DNA from: Candidatus Magasanikiibacteriota bacterium
Lineage (GTDB): Bacteria > Patescibacteriota > Patescibacteriia > Magasanikbacterales > UBA922
Direction: 5' to 3'
Length of the DNA stretch: 64,000 nucleotides
Assembly: GCA_003482855.1 (NCBI GenBank)
Contig: DMXO01000005.1
Coordinates: forward strand, 10,736-74,735
Made by a program: the position numbers and the translations under genes. This document shows, piece by piece, positions 28,247 through 38,134 of the stretch (positions are counted from its first letter, which is position 1; each line of letters opens with the position of its first letter). The notes under the pieces are model-generated. The model ran no database searches, had not been told where the DNA came from, and saw nothing but the letters and a program-made list of their open reading frames with translations.

Positions 28247-28430
28247 TTTTAATACAATCAATTTTTGTACTTAAAATAAGTTCATTAAAAATTTTCCAAC
28301 GCGTAAAATAGTGTTTTTATGATAAATATTATTTTTCGCGTTGGAAGAATAACACCCATACAGTGTGGGTGATCTATATAAGGTGGTCTTTGCCAAACCA
28401 TCTATCCAGTCGCTAGTGACTGTTTTTTTA
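28247..28430 (+). ncRNA. Candidate small RNA (~185 nt) ending in a hairpin plus T7 at 28406-28430; could alternatively be a 5' leader of the downstream GC-rich gene
   Basis: Hairpins CCAACGCG...CGCGTTGG and CACCCA-TACAG-TGGGTG; terminator-like CAGTC-GCTAGT-GACTG followed by TTTTTTT. Only a 17-codon ORF lies inside. Confidence 0.3.
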
Positions 28431-28487
28431 ATCAAGTCCTTCTGGTAGAGATTGATCATCTCTACTGGACGCCTGAAATGGTGAAAA

Positions 28488-29060
28488 ATGGGCGGCTTGT
28501 TCGGCAGACGAGTCAACTTTGAGGGGGTTCCCTTGAAGCAGATCATCCTAGTGTTGGTGCTGGTGCTCTGCAGCCTGGTGGGCTGCGCGACGACGGGATC
28601 CGTCCGGACGGATGTGGCGAGCCAGGTGACGAATGTCACCAATCATGGCTCGTTCATCAGGATCGGAGCGGAAGAGGGCATCGCGTTCGATCGGTTCAAG
28701 GAAGATCTCAGATCGGAGACTCGTCCGGTTCTCGTCATCTTTGGCGAGAGCTGGTGCCCTGCATGTGGGAACCTCGAAGAGTTCTGGGCAGGCCAGGAGA
28801 TCACAGAGCTCGGGGTCTACACCATCGACCTCAAAGATGGCGGTGTTGCTGAGATGATCACCCAGGGCCTGTACGAGCCGGTCATTCCTCTCGACTGGAA
28901 CGTTATCCCGGTCTGTGTGCTTCTTCTTCCGGGTTCTCCGATCATGGTTGGTCGTGGCGTCTACGATTGTGGAGAAGCCGTGCTCGAGCGCATCCAGTTC
29001 GAGAAGGACCATCCCGAGAGTCCCACCACGCACCCGTCCAGGCCCAAGGTTCGGACCTAG
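28488..29060 (+). CDS. Thioredoxin-fold (WCPAC) lipoprotein encoded on a ~60% GC island
   Basis: Signal peptide plus lipobox LVGC|A; TlpA/ResA-like motif VLVIFGESWCPACGNL. GC content and GC3 are far above the flanking DNA. Confidence 0.65.
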   Translation: MGGLFGRRVNFEGVPLKQIILVLVLVLCSLVGCATTGSVRTDVASQVTNVTNHGSFIRIGAEEGIAFDRFKEDLRSETRPVLVIFGESWCPACGNLEEFWAGQEITELGVYTIDLKDGGVAEMITQGLYEPVIPLDWNVIPVCVLLLPGSPIMVGRGVYDCGEAVLERIQFEKDHPESPTTHPSRPKVRT

Positions 29061-29261
29061 CTTCCCCTTAAGGATCACCGACTACATCGCCCACATTCGT
29101 GGGGGTGCGGTGGACCCTTCCCCGATTGTGACTTCCCTGCGTGGCAGGTGGACTTGTTCTGAGTGATTGAAGCGCCTCGCTTCTCATGCAGACAGTCTGC
29201 CTGCCGGGGACCAATGAAAAAATCACCTTCGTTGAAATTATGGTGAGCAAAGGAGGAAAAA

Positions 29262-29306
29262 CAAAAAATCACCTTTCAGCTTCGTTCAAGGTGATTTTTT
29301 GTTTTT
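29262..29306. terminator. Bidirectional rho-independent terminator shared by the GC-rich gene (+) and clpP (-)
   Basis: 12-bp stem AAAAATCACCTT/AAGGTGATTTTT with an 11-nt loop, flanked by an A-run upstream and a T-run downstream. Confidence 0.65.
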
Positions 29307-29313
29307 ATCGAAT

Positions 29314-29907
29314 TTATGTGATTACTTTGTCGACTATTCCATACGCGACTGATTCTTCTGCACTCATGAAGTAGTCTCTGTCACTATCTTTTTCGATTTC
29401 GGCCATTGGTTTATTTGTATGCTGTTGCAATATATGATTGAGCCTGTCTTTGATTTTGAGGATTCGTTCGGCATGGATTTTTATATCACTTGCTTGACCT
29501 TGGGTGCCACCCATGACTTGATGAATCATAACCTCGCTATTGGGAAGACAAAATCTTTTTCCTTTTGCGCCAGCGGCCAGAAGTACTGATGCCATACTCG
29601 CAGCCATACCTATACAGATGGTAGATACATCTGGTTTTATATATTGCATAGTATCATAAATAGCAAGTCCTGCGGTCACAGATCCACCTGGTGAATTGAC
29701 ATACAGTTTTATATCTTTTTCTGGGTCTTGGTTTGCGAGAAATAACATTTGGGCTATTACAATATTTGCTACATGATCGTCTATTTCAGTACCAAGAAAA
29801 ATAATACGGTCCTTGAGTAATCGCGAATAGATATCATAAGCACGCTCGCCATGAGTAGTTTTTTCTATGACTGTTGGTATGAGGATTTGGGATCTGACGT
29901 CTTTCAT
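29314..29907 (-). CDS. clpP: ATP-dependent Clp protease proteolytic subunit
   Basis: 197 aa; ClpP Ser/His/Asp context (GMAASMAS...MIHQ). Confidence 0.95.
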   Translation of the reverse strand: MKDVRSQILIPTVIEKTTHGERAYDIYSRLLKDRIIFLGTEIDDHVANIVIAQMLFLANQDPEKDIKLYVNSPGGSVTAGLAIYDTMQYIKPDVSTICIGMAASMASVLLAAGAKGKRFCLPNSEVMIHQVMGGTQGQASDIKIHAERILKIKDRLNHILQQHTNKPMAEIEKDSDRDYFMSAEESVAYGIVDKVIT

Positions 29908-29942
29908 AGTTTAGATTAATTAGTATATACCTATATTGTACC

Positions 29943-30941
29943 TTATTTTCTAGTCTTTTCAAGTGTGGACCAAATATTTTCCAGTGCTTTTTCTATGGGA
30001 CCTTGTATGCTGAACCCCGCGGCTTTTTTGTGTCCACCTCCTCCAAAAGATTGAGCTATTTTTGATACATCTACAGTATCTCGCATGGTGCGCATACTTA
30101 CTTTTATAGTTCCATCCTGTCGTTCTCGCAAAACAAGTGTTGCATTTCCCTCATTGAGATTGTTCATAAGATTGGCGATACCCTCGAGATCTTCCTCATG
30201 GAGTCCGCAGGCGGCGAGATCTTTTTGCGTGACGTATGTGTATACGAAATCAAATGGCTTTTTATATTCGAGTCTATTCAATACCATACCCCAGAGTTTG
30301 AAGGTGGGGAGATTTTTGTCTTGTAATATGTGTTTTCGTATATGGTTGAGCTTGGCACCGTGCCGTATCAGGTTGCTTGCAATTGCAAGTGCATGGCGAG
30401 AAGTGCCTGCATTGGAGAAATTTCCCGTGTCAGTAATCAAGCCAGTGAGTAATGACGTAGCTATAGTATGGTTAATTTCCATTTTATTGAATACGAGATA
30501 TTTATACAAAATTTCAGTCGTTGATGAAGATGTATCAATGACTAAATTGAGATTACCAAATCGCTCGTTGCTCACATGATGATCGATATTTATGATATAG
30601 GTATCGATTTGGTGTTTTATCAATTCATCAATACCTGCATATCTCAGGTCGCCAGAATCACATACAATGATCGCTCCATATGTCTGTTTCCATACAGTCT
30701 CATCACTCGTTATATGCTTGGTATGTGGCAAAAAATGGAATTGGTCTGGAGTAGGTGTAACACAGAACAAGGTATATTTTTTGTTGAGCATAGTAAACAT
30801 CTCTCCGAGGGCGTTGGCAGATCCGAGTGCATCCCCATCGGGATGCTCATGTATGACAACCAAAAAATTGTCCTTTTCAAGGATTTTTTCATGGATAAGT
30901 TTTGCCGTTCGTTGAGGCATATGATATCTATGTTCAAACAT
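29943..30941 (-). CDS. nrnA: DHH/DHHA1 phosphoesterase (NrnA-like oligoribonuclease / pAp phosphatase)
   Basis: HEHPDGDALGS, IDHH and GGGGHKKAAG motifs; 332 aa. Confidence 0.8.
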   Translation of the reverse strand: MFEHRYHMPQRTAKLIHEKILEKDNFLVVIHEHPDGDALGSANALGEMFTMLNKKYTLFCVTPTPDQFHFLPHTKHITSDETVWKQTYGAIIVCDSGDLRYAGIDELIKHQIDTYIINIDHHVSNERFGNLNLVIDTSSSTTEILYKYLVFNKMEINHTIATSLLTGLITDTGNFSNAGTSRHALAIASNLIRHGAKLNHIRKHILQDKNLPTFKLWGMVLNRLEYKKPFDFVYTYVTQKDLAACGLHEEDLEGIANLMNNLNEGNATLVLRERQDGTIKVSMRTMRDTVDVSKIAQSFGGGGHKKAAGFSIQGPIEKALENIWSTLEKTRK

Positions 30942-31057
30942 GAAGTTTGAATAGAATTATGTTTTTTGAAGATAAACAAGCTAGCCATTATATAGATAAA
31001 TAAAATAATTGTCAAGGCTCATAGAAACGTGTATACTATATTCGCTTTAGCATATTT

Positions 31058-34000
31058 ATGTACGTAAAAAGTTTAGAAATCAACGGCTTCAAGTCGTTTG
31101 CAACCAATACGATTCTCGAATTCCCGGCTCCCAAGCTCGGGCGTCATAGTATCACCGCAATTGTAGGGCCAAATGGTAGTGGTAAAAGTAATGTATCTGA
31201 CGCTATACGGTGGGTGCTCGGGGAACAGAGTATGAAACACTTGCGTGGTAAAAAGAGCGAAGATATTATCTTTGCTGGGTCAGAAGGCAAAGGCAAAATG
31301 AGCCTCGCGAGTGTAACTATGATTCTCGACAATTCAGACCATCGGGCTCCTGTTGATTATGATGAACTCATAATCGCACGTAGGCTTTATCGTTCAGGAG
31401 AGAGTGAATACCTATTGAATGGACAGCAGGTCAGATTGTTTGATTTACAAATTTTACTAGCTCAAGGACAGTTTGGACAAGGATCTTATTCTGTTATTGG
31501 TCAGGGCACGATTGATCGCCTATTGCTTCAGACTCCGGCAGAACGCAAAAGTTTTTTTGATGAAGCTGTTGGCATAAAAGAATTTCAGATCAAACGCCAT
31601 CACGCTGCTTTGAAATTACAAAAGACGCAAGAAAATATTTCGCAGGCAGAAACATTGCTTCAAGAAATAGAACCCCGACTCAAATCACTGAAGAGACAAG
31701 TGCATAAACTTGAGAAGCGCCAGGAAGTGGAAATACACCTCCGTGAATTACAGGAACAATATTACGTTACTTTACATATCAATCTTTCAGACAATATAGG
31801 CACGCTTCAGACTGATTTTGATAGTGTCAATATTGTATATAATGGAGCACATAGACGTCTGACTGCTATTCAAGAAGAACTCGCAACGCTCGCACAAGAA
31901 AAATCGCGTCGAGAAGTATTTGAAGAATTGCAACGAGAGCTGTCTCATTTACAACAGGAAAAGAATACCCTCGACCGTGATCATGCCATTGTAGTAGGCA
32001 AATTGCAAACTGAATTTAGTAAGGCAGGGAAACAAAATGTTTCGTGGCTTGAAAATAAAGTAGGGGAATTTGAATCCAAAGAAAAGGAATTAAAAGAAGA
32101 AATGGAACTAGAGAAAAATAAACAGACAAAGAGTGAAACCGAGATAAAAAATCTTGCGGATATACTGGAAGAATTACAAAATAAGAAAATTGTCTTGCAC
32201 AACAAACAAATAATGTGTGAACAGCAATTGCAAGAATTGAGGCAGGGGAGAGATGAAGTGCAATTTGAGGGTTTGCGCGCAGTCAATGCTATATTACAGC
32301 ATGCGCAAGAATTTGGCGGGAATGTATATGGAGTCGTAGCCCAGCTTGCACGTGTGGATGAAAAATATCGTCTCGCGCTCGAAGTCGCAGCACAAGCACA
32401 TCTAGCCTCTATCGTTGTAGAGCATGATAATGTAGGTCAGCGATGTATTGAATTTTTGAAAAAACAGCAACTTGGATTTGCAACATTTTTGCCTCTCAAT
32501 ACTATCAAGTCACGCATCATACCAAGCGATATTGTGGAGTTGACAGGACGCAAAGGAGTATATGGACTTGCATCTCAATTGGTAGATTATGATGCTATGT
32601 TTGATCATGTCTTCTCATACATATTTGGTTCAACACTTATTGTTGAGGATATCAATGTAGCGCGAGAGATTGGTATTGGTCGTGTGCGCATGGTTACGCT
32701 TGAGGGAGATGTGCTCGAAACAAGTGGTTCGATGAAAGGCGGTTTTCGTCACAAACGTCGTGGTGTATTGTCCTTTGCCCGTGGTGCGCAACAATTTTCT
32801 GAACATGCTATAGAAAAGTTGGAAGAAGAATTAGTATATACCAAAGGAGAAAAAGATAAACTTGAAATTGAAATTGAAAATAAAAAAGGAATACTCTCGG
32901 ATTTGAGGACTACATCACAGGTCATAGGAGAGAAAGTGGGGATGATTGGCGGACGTCTTAATGATATTGTCAGCGAGTTGTCGCGGCTTAAGCAGGAGCT
33001 TTCGGTATATTCGTTGTCAAAAGGAGAATATAGCGACATGATGGCGGAGTTTGCACAAGAAAAAGAAGATATTGCAAAGCATATCCGTGCCATTGAAAAA
33101 AATATTATAGATGTTCGTCACAAAGTGGATGCACTGAACGATGAGGAAGAAAAAAAGCGTGAGCGTATTTTTTCTTTGCAAGATGAAATGCAAAAAGAAC
33201 AGACAGAATTGAATAACGTAGGTGACAAGAGACATATATTACAAGTCGAAATAACTAAATTACAAACACATCAGGAAGATTTGGAACAAGAAATATTCGG
33301 TGAATTACGTGAAGGCGTGGGAGCTCTCATGGAAAAAGGCTGGACTCGCATAGATGAAGGTAATTTGGAAGAGACAAAGATAGAGATTGAAAAACTCAAA
33401 TACCAGCTGAGCCTTATCGGAGGCATAGACGAGGAAGTGATGGGTGAATATGAAGAGACGAAAGAGCGCTATGAATTTTTATCTACTGAATTAGACGACC
33501 TGCATAAAGCATCTCTTGATTTGGAAAAAATGATTGCTGAGCTCGACAAGCTTATGAAAAAGAAACACGCTGAAAGTTTCAAAAAAATTAAGAAAGAATT
33601 TGCACGTTATTTCAAATTATTGTTTGAGGGTGGTGAGGCAGAACTTGTTGAGCTGTATGATTTTGAAAAAGATGCAAGTACATTGTCTGCAGATGAAAAC
33701 GATGATGTGGGTGTGACAGAAGAACAGCCTGTTGATACAGGTGATGAAGTCGTGTCTGATACAAAACGCCGAAAGAAAATATTGCAAGGGGTTGAAGTAT
33801 ACGCATGTCCTCCGGGAAAGAAGATCAAAAATATTACAGCGCTTTCTGGTGGAGAACGTACGATGACATCTATTGCATTGCTGTGCGCGATTTTGCATAC
33901 CAATCCGTCCCCATTTGTTTTGTTGGATGAAGTAGAGGCAGCGCTTGACGAAGCGAATACACTTCGTTTTACCAAAATTTTAAATGAGCTCGCGGAGCAG

Positions 34001-34123
34001 TCGCAATTTATCATTATCACACACAATAGAGTGACTATGCATGCAGTAGACGTATTGTATGGAGTGACTATGGGGAATGATGGGATGAGTAAACTCGTCA
34101 GTGTCAAATTGGATAGAGAATAA
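31058..34123 (+). CDS. smc: Chromosome segregation protein SMC (1021 aa)
   Basis: N-terminal Walker A GPNGSGKSN; central hinge; long coiled coils; C-terminal signature LSGGERTMTSIALL plus Walker B LLDEVEAALD. Promoter TTGTCA/TATACT at 31009-31037. Confidence 0.85.
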   Translation: MYVKSLEINGFKSFATNTILEFPAPKLGRHSITAIVGPNGSGKSNVSDAIRWVLGEQSMKHLRGKKSEDIIFAGSEGKGKMSLASVTMILDNSDHRAPVDYDELIIARRLYRSGESEYLLNGQQVRLFDLQILLAQGQFGQGSYSVIGQGTIDRLLLQTPAERKSFFDEAVGIKEFQIKRHHAALKLQKTQENISQAETLLQEIEPRLKSLKRQVHKLEKRQEVEIHLRELQEQYYVTLHINLSDNIGTLQTDFDSVNIVYNGAHRRLTAIQEELATLAQEKSRREVFEELQRELSHLQQEKNTLDRDHAIVVGKLQTEFSKAGKQNVSWLENKVGEFESKEKELKEEMELEKNKQTKSETEIKNLADILEELQNKKIVLHNKQIMCEQQLQELRQGRDEVQFEGLRAVNAILQHAQEFGGNVYGVVAQLARVDEKYRLALEVAAQAHLASIVVEHDNVGQRCIEFLKKQQLGFATFLPLNTIKSRIIPSDIVELTGRKGVYGLASQLVDYDAMFDHVFSYIFGSTLIVEDINVAREIGIGRVRMVTLEGDVLETSGSMKGGFRHKRRGVLSFARGAQQFSEHAIEKLEEELVYTKGEKDKLEIEIENKKGILSDLRTTSQVIGEKVGMIGGRLNDIVSELSRLKQELSVYSLSKGEYSDMMAEFAQEKEDIAKHIRAIEKNIIDVRHKVDALNDEEEKKRERIFSLQDEMQKEQTELNNVGDKRHILQVEITKLQTHQEDLEQEIFGELREGVGALMEKGWTRIDEGNLEETKIEIEKLKYQLSLIGGIDEEVMGEYEETKERYEFLSTELDDLHKASLDLEKMIAELDKLMKKKHAESFKKIKKEFARYFKLLFEGGEAELVELYDFEKDASTLSADENDDVGVTEEQPVDTGDEVVSDTKRRKKILQGVEVYACPPGKKIKNITALSGGERTMTSIALLCAILHTNPSPFVLLDEVEAALDEANTLRFTKILNELAEQSQFIIITHNRVTMHAVDVLYGVTMGNDGMSKLVSVKLDRE

Positions 34124-34291
34124 ACTAAGATGGAGATAAGAAATATAGGCCGCCCAGTAGGCGGTTTTGGCTTACTATTGACAATTTTTTTTAGATTTGA
34201 TACACTTTCTGCGTTCTACTAAAACCGTCCGCACCGGGACATCTAACCGGTACGCTCTCAAACCGTTTTAGTCAGACTAATTACAAATATT

Positions 34292-34756
34292 ATGTTAATG
34301 ATTCGTTTACAACGAATAGGTAAGAGAAAACAGCCTACATATCGTCTTATTGTCAATGAAAAGGGCCGTGATACCCAAGCAAAGAGTTTGGAAATTTTGG
34401 GTCATTATAGTCCTACTGAAAATCCAAAAGTTATTCAGTTTGATGCAGAGCGTATCAAATATTGGATTTCAAAAGGCGCACAAGCATCAGGAACTGTAAA
34501 TAATTTGCTTATTAAACTTGGTATCATAGAAGGAAAGAAAATGAAGTCAGTGACTATTACCAATAAACGCAGAGCAAAAATGGGTGCGAAAAAGGCAGAG
34601 GCAGAAGCAAAGATGAAAGAAGTGGAACAAGCTGCAGCACAGGCAAAGGCAGCCGCAGAGGAAGCTGCAAAAGCTGCGGCACAAGCTGAAGCTGAAAAGC
34701 CTGTGGAAGAAGTCAAGGTAGAAGAAGCTCCTGCAGAAGAAAAAAAGGAAGTTTAA
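34292..34756 (+). CDS. rpsP: 30S ribosomal protein S16 with an A/K/E-rich C-terminal extension
   Basis: N-terminal 80 aa are classic S16 (MLMIRLQRIGKRKQPTYRLIV...), followed by a low-complexity tail. Confidence 0.9.
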   Translation: MLMIRLQRIGKRKQPTYRLIVNEKGRDTQAKSLEILGHYSPTENPKVIQFDAERIKYWISKGAQASGTVNNLLIKLGIIEGKKMKSVTITNKRRAKMGAKKAEAEAKMKEVEQAAAQAKAAAEEAAKAAAQAEAEKPVEEVKVEEAPAEEKKEV

Positions 34757-34772
34757 TAACTCAAATATCTAA

Positions 34773-34806
34773 AAATCCGTCATTACAATGGCGGATTTTG
34801 TTTATA
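34773..34806 (+). terminator. Rho-independent terminator after rpsP
   Basis: 9-bp stem AAATCCGTC/GGCGGATTT, loop ATTACAAT, then TTTGTTT. A TTGACG / 17-bp / TATAAT promoter follows at 34815-34843. Confidence 0.65.
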
Positions 34807-34962
34807 AACCACCCTTGACGTGCTCATACGTGTGTGTTATAATTTTTTCGCGATTGAACAATCTGCCACATGCTTGCCTGTGCAGGCAGGTAGATCCGGC
34901 TTTGTCGAGAGCCATTCGTTCTTTCACATGTTTATTTATCTATTGTAATTATCAGAAACGAT

Positions 34963-35283
34963 ATGGAACAAGATCAACAGTTTCTTGAGTTCGTCATAAG
35001 GGCGATTGTGAATAACCCAGACAAGGTAAAAGTAACCCGCACCGTAGATGAGCGTGGTGTGCTTATGACCTTGGATGTAGAACCTAGTGATATTGGGTAC
35101 GTTATTGGTCGTCGTGGTAACACAGTACGCGCTATCCGTACTCTCTTGAAAGTTGTCGGCGCAAAGAATAACGCGCTTGTAAATTTGAAAATCAATGAAC
35201 CAGAAGGTGGACGTCGTGAAAGACCAGTTGTCTCTTCACACCAAGACGTTGACACAAGTGCAATTGATAATCTCGACATTTAG
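34963..35283 (+). CDS. KH-domain RNA-binding protein (KhpA/YlqC, UPF0109)
   Basis: 106 aa; KH motif VIGRRGNTVRAIRTLL; the usual position after rpsP. Confidence 0.8.
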   Translation: MEQDQQFLEFVIRAIVNNPDKVKVTRTVDERGVLMTLDVEPSDIGYVIGRRGNTVRAIRTLLKVVGAKNNALVNLKINEPEGGRRERPVVSSHQDVDTSAIDNLDI

Positions 35284-35411
35284 TCTATTGCATATTTTAC
35301 AAAGCCCCATCTAAGATGGGGCTTTTGATATGAAAGAAAAAACGGATTTTTTGACAGATATTTATCTTGACGTGTGAATTTTTTTATTGTATAGTATGCG
35401 GGCTTTTGCAA

Positions 35412-35485
35412 GGACTCATAGCTCAGTTGGTTAGAGCGCCACATTGACATTGTGGAGGTCAGAAGTTCGACTCTTCTTGGGTCCA
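35412..35485 (+). tRNA. tRNA-Val (anticodon GAC)
   Basis: Acceptor GGACTCA/TGGGTCC; D-arm AGCTCAGTTGGTTAGAGC; anticodon loop TTGACAT; T-loop TTCGACT. Promoter TTGACG/TATAGT at 35367-35395. Confidence 0.85.
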
Positions 35486-35553
35486 CTAGGATAAAAAATA
35501 AGTATACACTTGAAAAAATATTTATATTTGTGTATAGTATTTCCGTTTTAAAT

Positions 35554-35627
35554 GGGCGCGTAGCTCAGTTGGTTAGAGCGCAACACTGATAATGTTGAGG
35601 TCCCCGGTTCGATTCCAGGCGCGCCCA
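35554..35627 (+). tRNA. tRNA-Ile (anticodon GAU)
   Basis: Acceptor GGGCGCG/CGCGCCC; anticodon loop CTGATAA; T-loop TTCGATT. Promoter TTGAAA/TATAGT at 35510-35538. Terminator hairpin AAAGGTC/GACCTTT at 35630-35660. Confidence 0.85.
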
Positions 35628-35721
35628 CTAAAAAGGTCATAAAAAAGGACCTTTTTAATTTGCATTTTGTTTATATTTACGATATAATTTGTGTGTATTA
35701 AAAAAGTTATAAACATATCTA

Positions 35722-36372
35722 TTGTCTATGAAAGAGAAGGTTCCAAATCAAGAAAACGAAGATGTACAAGACAACAGTAATGACGAAGTACATGAGAAAG
35801 GTTTTTTGAGTAAAGCTGCTTTATTTTTTTTGGAAATTATCAAAATTGTAATTTTGGCAGGTATTACTATAGGTCTGGTGCGTTATTTTTTGTTCAAACC
35901 TTTTTACGTCAAAGGTCAGTCCATGGAGCCAGCATTTTATGAAAAAGATTATTTGATTATTGATGAAATTACGTATCGTTTTCGTGAGCCAGAACGTGGA
36001 GAAGTCATCGTCATCAATTCACCAGTGAACAGTGATCATTATTTGAAACGTATCATTGGTTTACCTGGAGAGCGAATAAAGATAGAGGACAATAAAGTGG
36101 TTGTGTATAATGATGAAAATCCTCGTGGTATGGTTTTACAAGAAATATATTTGGAAGAGGAAACACCCGGTTCTATTAGTATGACCCTTGGTGACAAACA
36201 ATACTTTGTATTGGGTGATAATCGTGATGCGAGCTATGATTCTCGTAGATTTGGTGCCATTGAACGAGGAGAAGTTATTGGTAGAGTGTGGTTTCGCGGT
36301 TGGCCATTTAGTCGTATCTCAACGTTTGACGTTCCTCAATATAATTTAACATCAGATAATAATGACATCTAA
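35722..36372 (+). CDS. lepB: Signal peptidase I
   Basis: Catalytic S and K boxes (GQSMEPAF; YLKRIIGLPGE; VLGDNRDASYDSR). Confidence 0.9.
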   Translation: MSMKEKVPNQENEDVQDNSNDEVHEKGFLSKAALFFLEIIKIVILAGITIGLVRYFLFKPFYVKGQSMEPAFYEKDYLIIDEITYRFREPERGEVIVINSPVNSDHYLKRIIGLPGERIKIEDNKVVVYNDENPRGMVLQEIYLEEETPGSISMTLGDKQYFVLGDNRDASYDSRRFGAIERGEVIGRVWFRGWPFSRISTFDVPQYNLTSDNNDI

Positions 36373-36381
36373 TATTTTCGT

Positions 36382-37809
36382 ATGTCTCGAACAAAGCATG
36401 TATCTCCAAAAAAAATTTCTGCAAAAAAAATTGCAGGGCATAAAAAATCTTTAGCCAAGCCATTAATGACCGAGAAAATGACTACTGAGAAAAGGGAAAA
36501 GCAGCCAAAAGGTCCTGCACAACTATATACAGTTTTGCGTGGTATGAAAGATATTCTTCCTAAAGATGGGGAGATGTGGCAGCACATATATCATACTGCA
36601 GAAAATATTGCGGCTGCATATGGCTTTTCATATGTGGAGACACCAGTACTTGAACAATCATCTTTATTTATCAGATCGATTGGCAAAGGAACTGATGTTG
36701 TAGATAAAGAAATGTATACATTTGATGATAGAGATGGAACCAAAGTATGTTTACGACCAGAAATGACTGCTTCTGTTGCTCGTGCATACATGAATCATGG
36801 TTTGCAGACATTGCCACAACCAGTGAAGGTATGGTATTGGGGTCAGATGTTTCGTCACGATAGACCTCAAGCAGGACGATACCGTCAGTTTCATCAATTT
36901 GGGTGTGAAATTCTTGGAGAACATAGTCCTGTTGTAGATGCAGAATTGGTAGTTGTCGCATACAATATGCTGAGAGACTTGGGTATAGAAACCCAAGTGA
37001 AAGTCAATAGCATAGGTACATTAGAAGATAGACAAAATTATATTGTTGAATTGGTTGGTTATTTGCGAAGTAAAAGAAGTTATTTGAGTGAAGATTCAAA
37101 AAAACGCATCAACAAAAATCCATTGCGTATTTTGGATTCAAAATTGGAACAAGATATTGCAGTAGTGGAAGAAGCACCTCAAATTATTGATTGGTTGAGT
37201 GACACTTCGAAGAAGTTTTTTATGGATGTTATTGAATATCTAGATGAAGCAGGTGTTCCCTATGTACTTACTCCTACGCTTGTACGCGGATTGGATTATT
37301 ATACTGACACCGTGTTTGAATTATTTGCTGATGGACAGGCTGAAGGATCTCAGAGTGCACTTGGCGGTGGTGGACGATATAATGGTCTTGTCGCCCAACT
37401 AGGTGGTGTTGATACCCCCGCAGCTGGCTTTTCGCTTGGAATAGAACGTATAGTGTCAATATTAAGGGACAGAGAGGGAGCAAAAGAAAAAGCAGAAGAA
37501 AATAGTATAAAACAAAAACCAGGTGGTATATTTTTTGCCCAACTTGGAGATCAAGCACGGAAGCGCTCTCTTCATCTGATAGAGGATTTACGAAGAGAGG
37601 GGATCGTACTATATCATAATCTTGCGAAGTCATCCCTCAAAGCTCAGATGGAAATTGCGAACAAACTCGGTGTTTCTCATACATTGATTTTGGGACAGAA
37701 AGAAGTGCAAGACGGGACAGTGCTCGTGCGAAATATGGAATCGGGTATTCAAGAAGTAGTAGATCAAAAGAAGGTAAAGAATACGATACGAAAGATACGC
37801 GGTGTATAA
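36382..37809 (+). CDS. hisS: Histidyl-tRNA synthetase with a K-rich N-terminal extension
   Basis: Class II motifs and HisRS-specific regions (LRPEMTASVARA; WYWGQMFRHDRPQAGRYRQFHQFG; GGGRY). Confidence 0.9.
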   Translation: MSRTKHVSPKKISAKKIAGHKKSLAKPLMTEKMTTEKREKQPKGPAQLYTVLRGMKDILPKDGEMWQHIYHTAENIAAAYGFSYVETPVLEQSSLFIRSIGKGTDVVDKEMYTFDDRDGTKVCLRPEMTASVARAYMNHGLQTLPQPVKVWYWGQMFRHDRPQAGRYRQFHQFGCEILGEHSPVVDAELVVVAYNMLRDLGIETQVKVNSIGTLEDRQNYIVELVGYLRSKRSYLSEDSKKRINKNPLRILDSKLEQDIAVVEEAPQIIDWLSDTSKKFFMDVIEYLDEAGVPYVLTPTLVRGLDYYTDTVFELFADGQAEGSQSALGGGGRYNGLVAQLGGVDTPAAGFSLGIERIVSILRDREGAKEKAEENSIKQKPGGIFFAQLGDQARKRSLHLIEDLRREGIVLYHNLAKSSLKAQMEIANKLGVSHTLILGQKEVQDGTVLVRNMESGIQEVVDQKKVKNTIRKIRGV

Positions 37810-37885
37810 TTTGACTTTTTACTTTTTTTTGTGTAATATATAAACAATTTATTTATTAAGTTATATTCACTGGGAGGTGAATAAT

Positions 37886-38131
37886 GTGTCAGAAATAAAA
37901 AGAAAAAAGAATGAGTCTTTTGAAGGATTCATGCGTCGTGTGAAGCAAACATGGTTGCGTTCTGGTAAAATACTCCAGGCACGCAAGATTCAATATTTTG
38001 TTCCAGCCAAGAGTAAAAATACACAACGAAAACAGGCTGTTGCACACGCAAAACTCGTTTCAAGGACAGACTACTTGCGCAAGACGGGCAAATTGCCACC
38101 TGAAGAAAACAAGAAAAACAAGAAAAAATAG
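37886..38131 (+). CDS. rpsU: 30S ribosomal protein S21
   Basis: 81 aa, basic, S21-like (FEGFMRRVKQTWLRSGKILQARKIQYF). GTG 37886 lies 6 nt after RBS GGAGGTGA; the ORF track starts at the upstream GTG 37877. Confidence 0.7.
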   Translation: MSEIKRKKNESFEGFMRRVKQTWLRSGKILQARKIQYFVPAKSKNTQRKQAVAHAKLVSRTDYLRKTGKLPPEENKKNKKK

Positions 38132-38134
38132 TCT

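Noticed and set aside
28548-29078. 176-aa minus-strand ORF antisense to the GC-rich thioredoxin-like gene, and the 74-aa and 83-aa plus-strand ORFs in the island
   Set aside because: High-GC DNA yields long spurious ORFs in all frames. The plus-strand lipoprotein/WCPAC reading is the only one with recognisable features.
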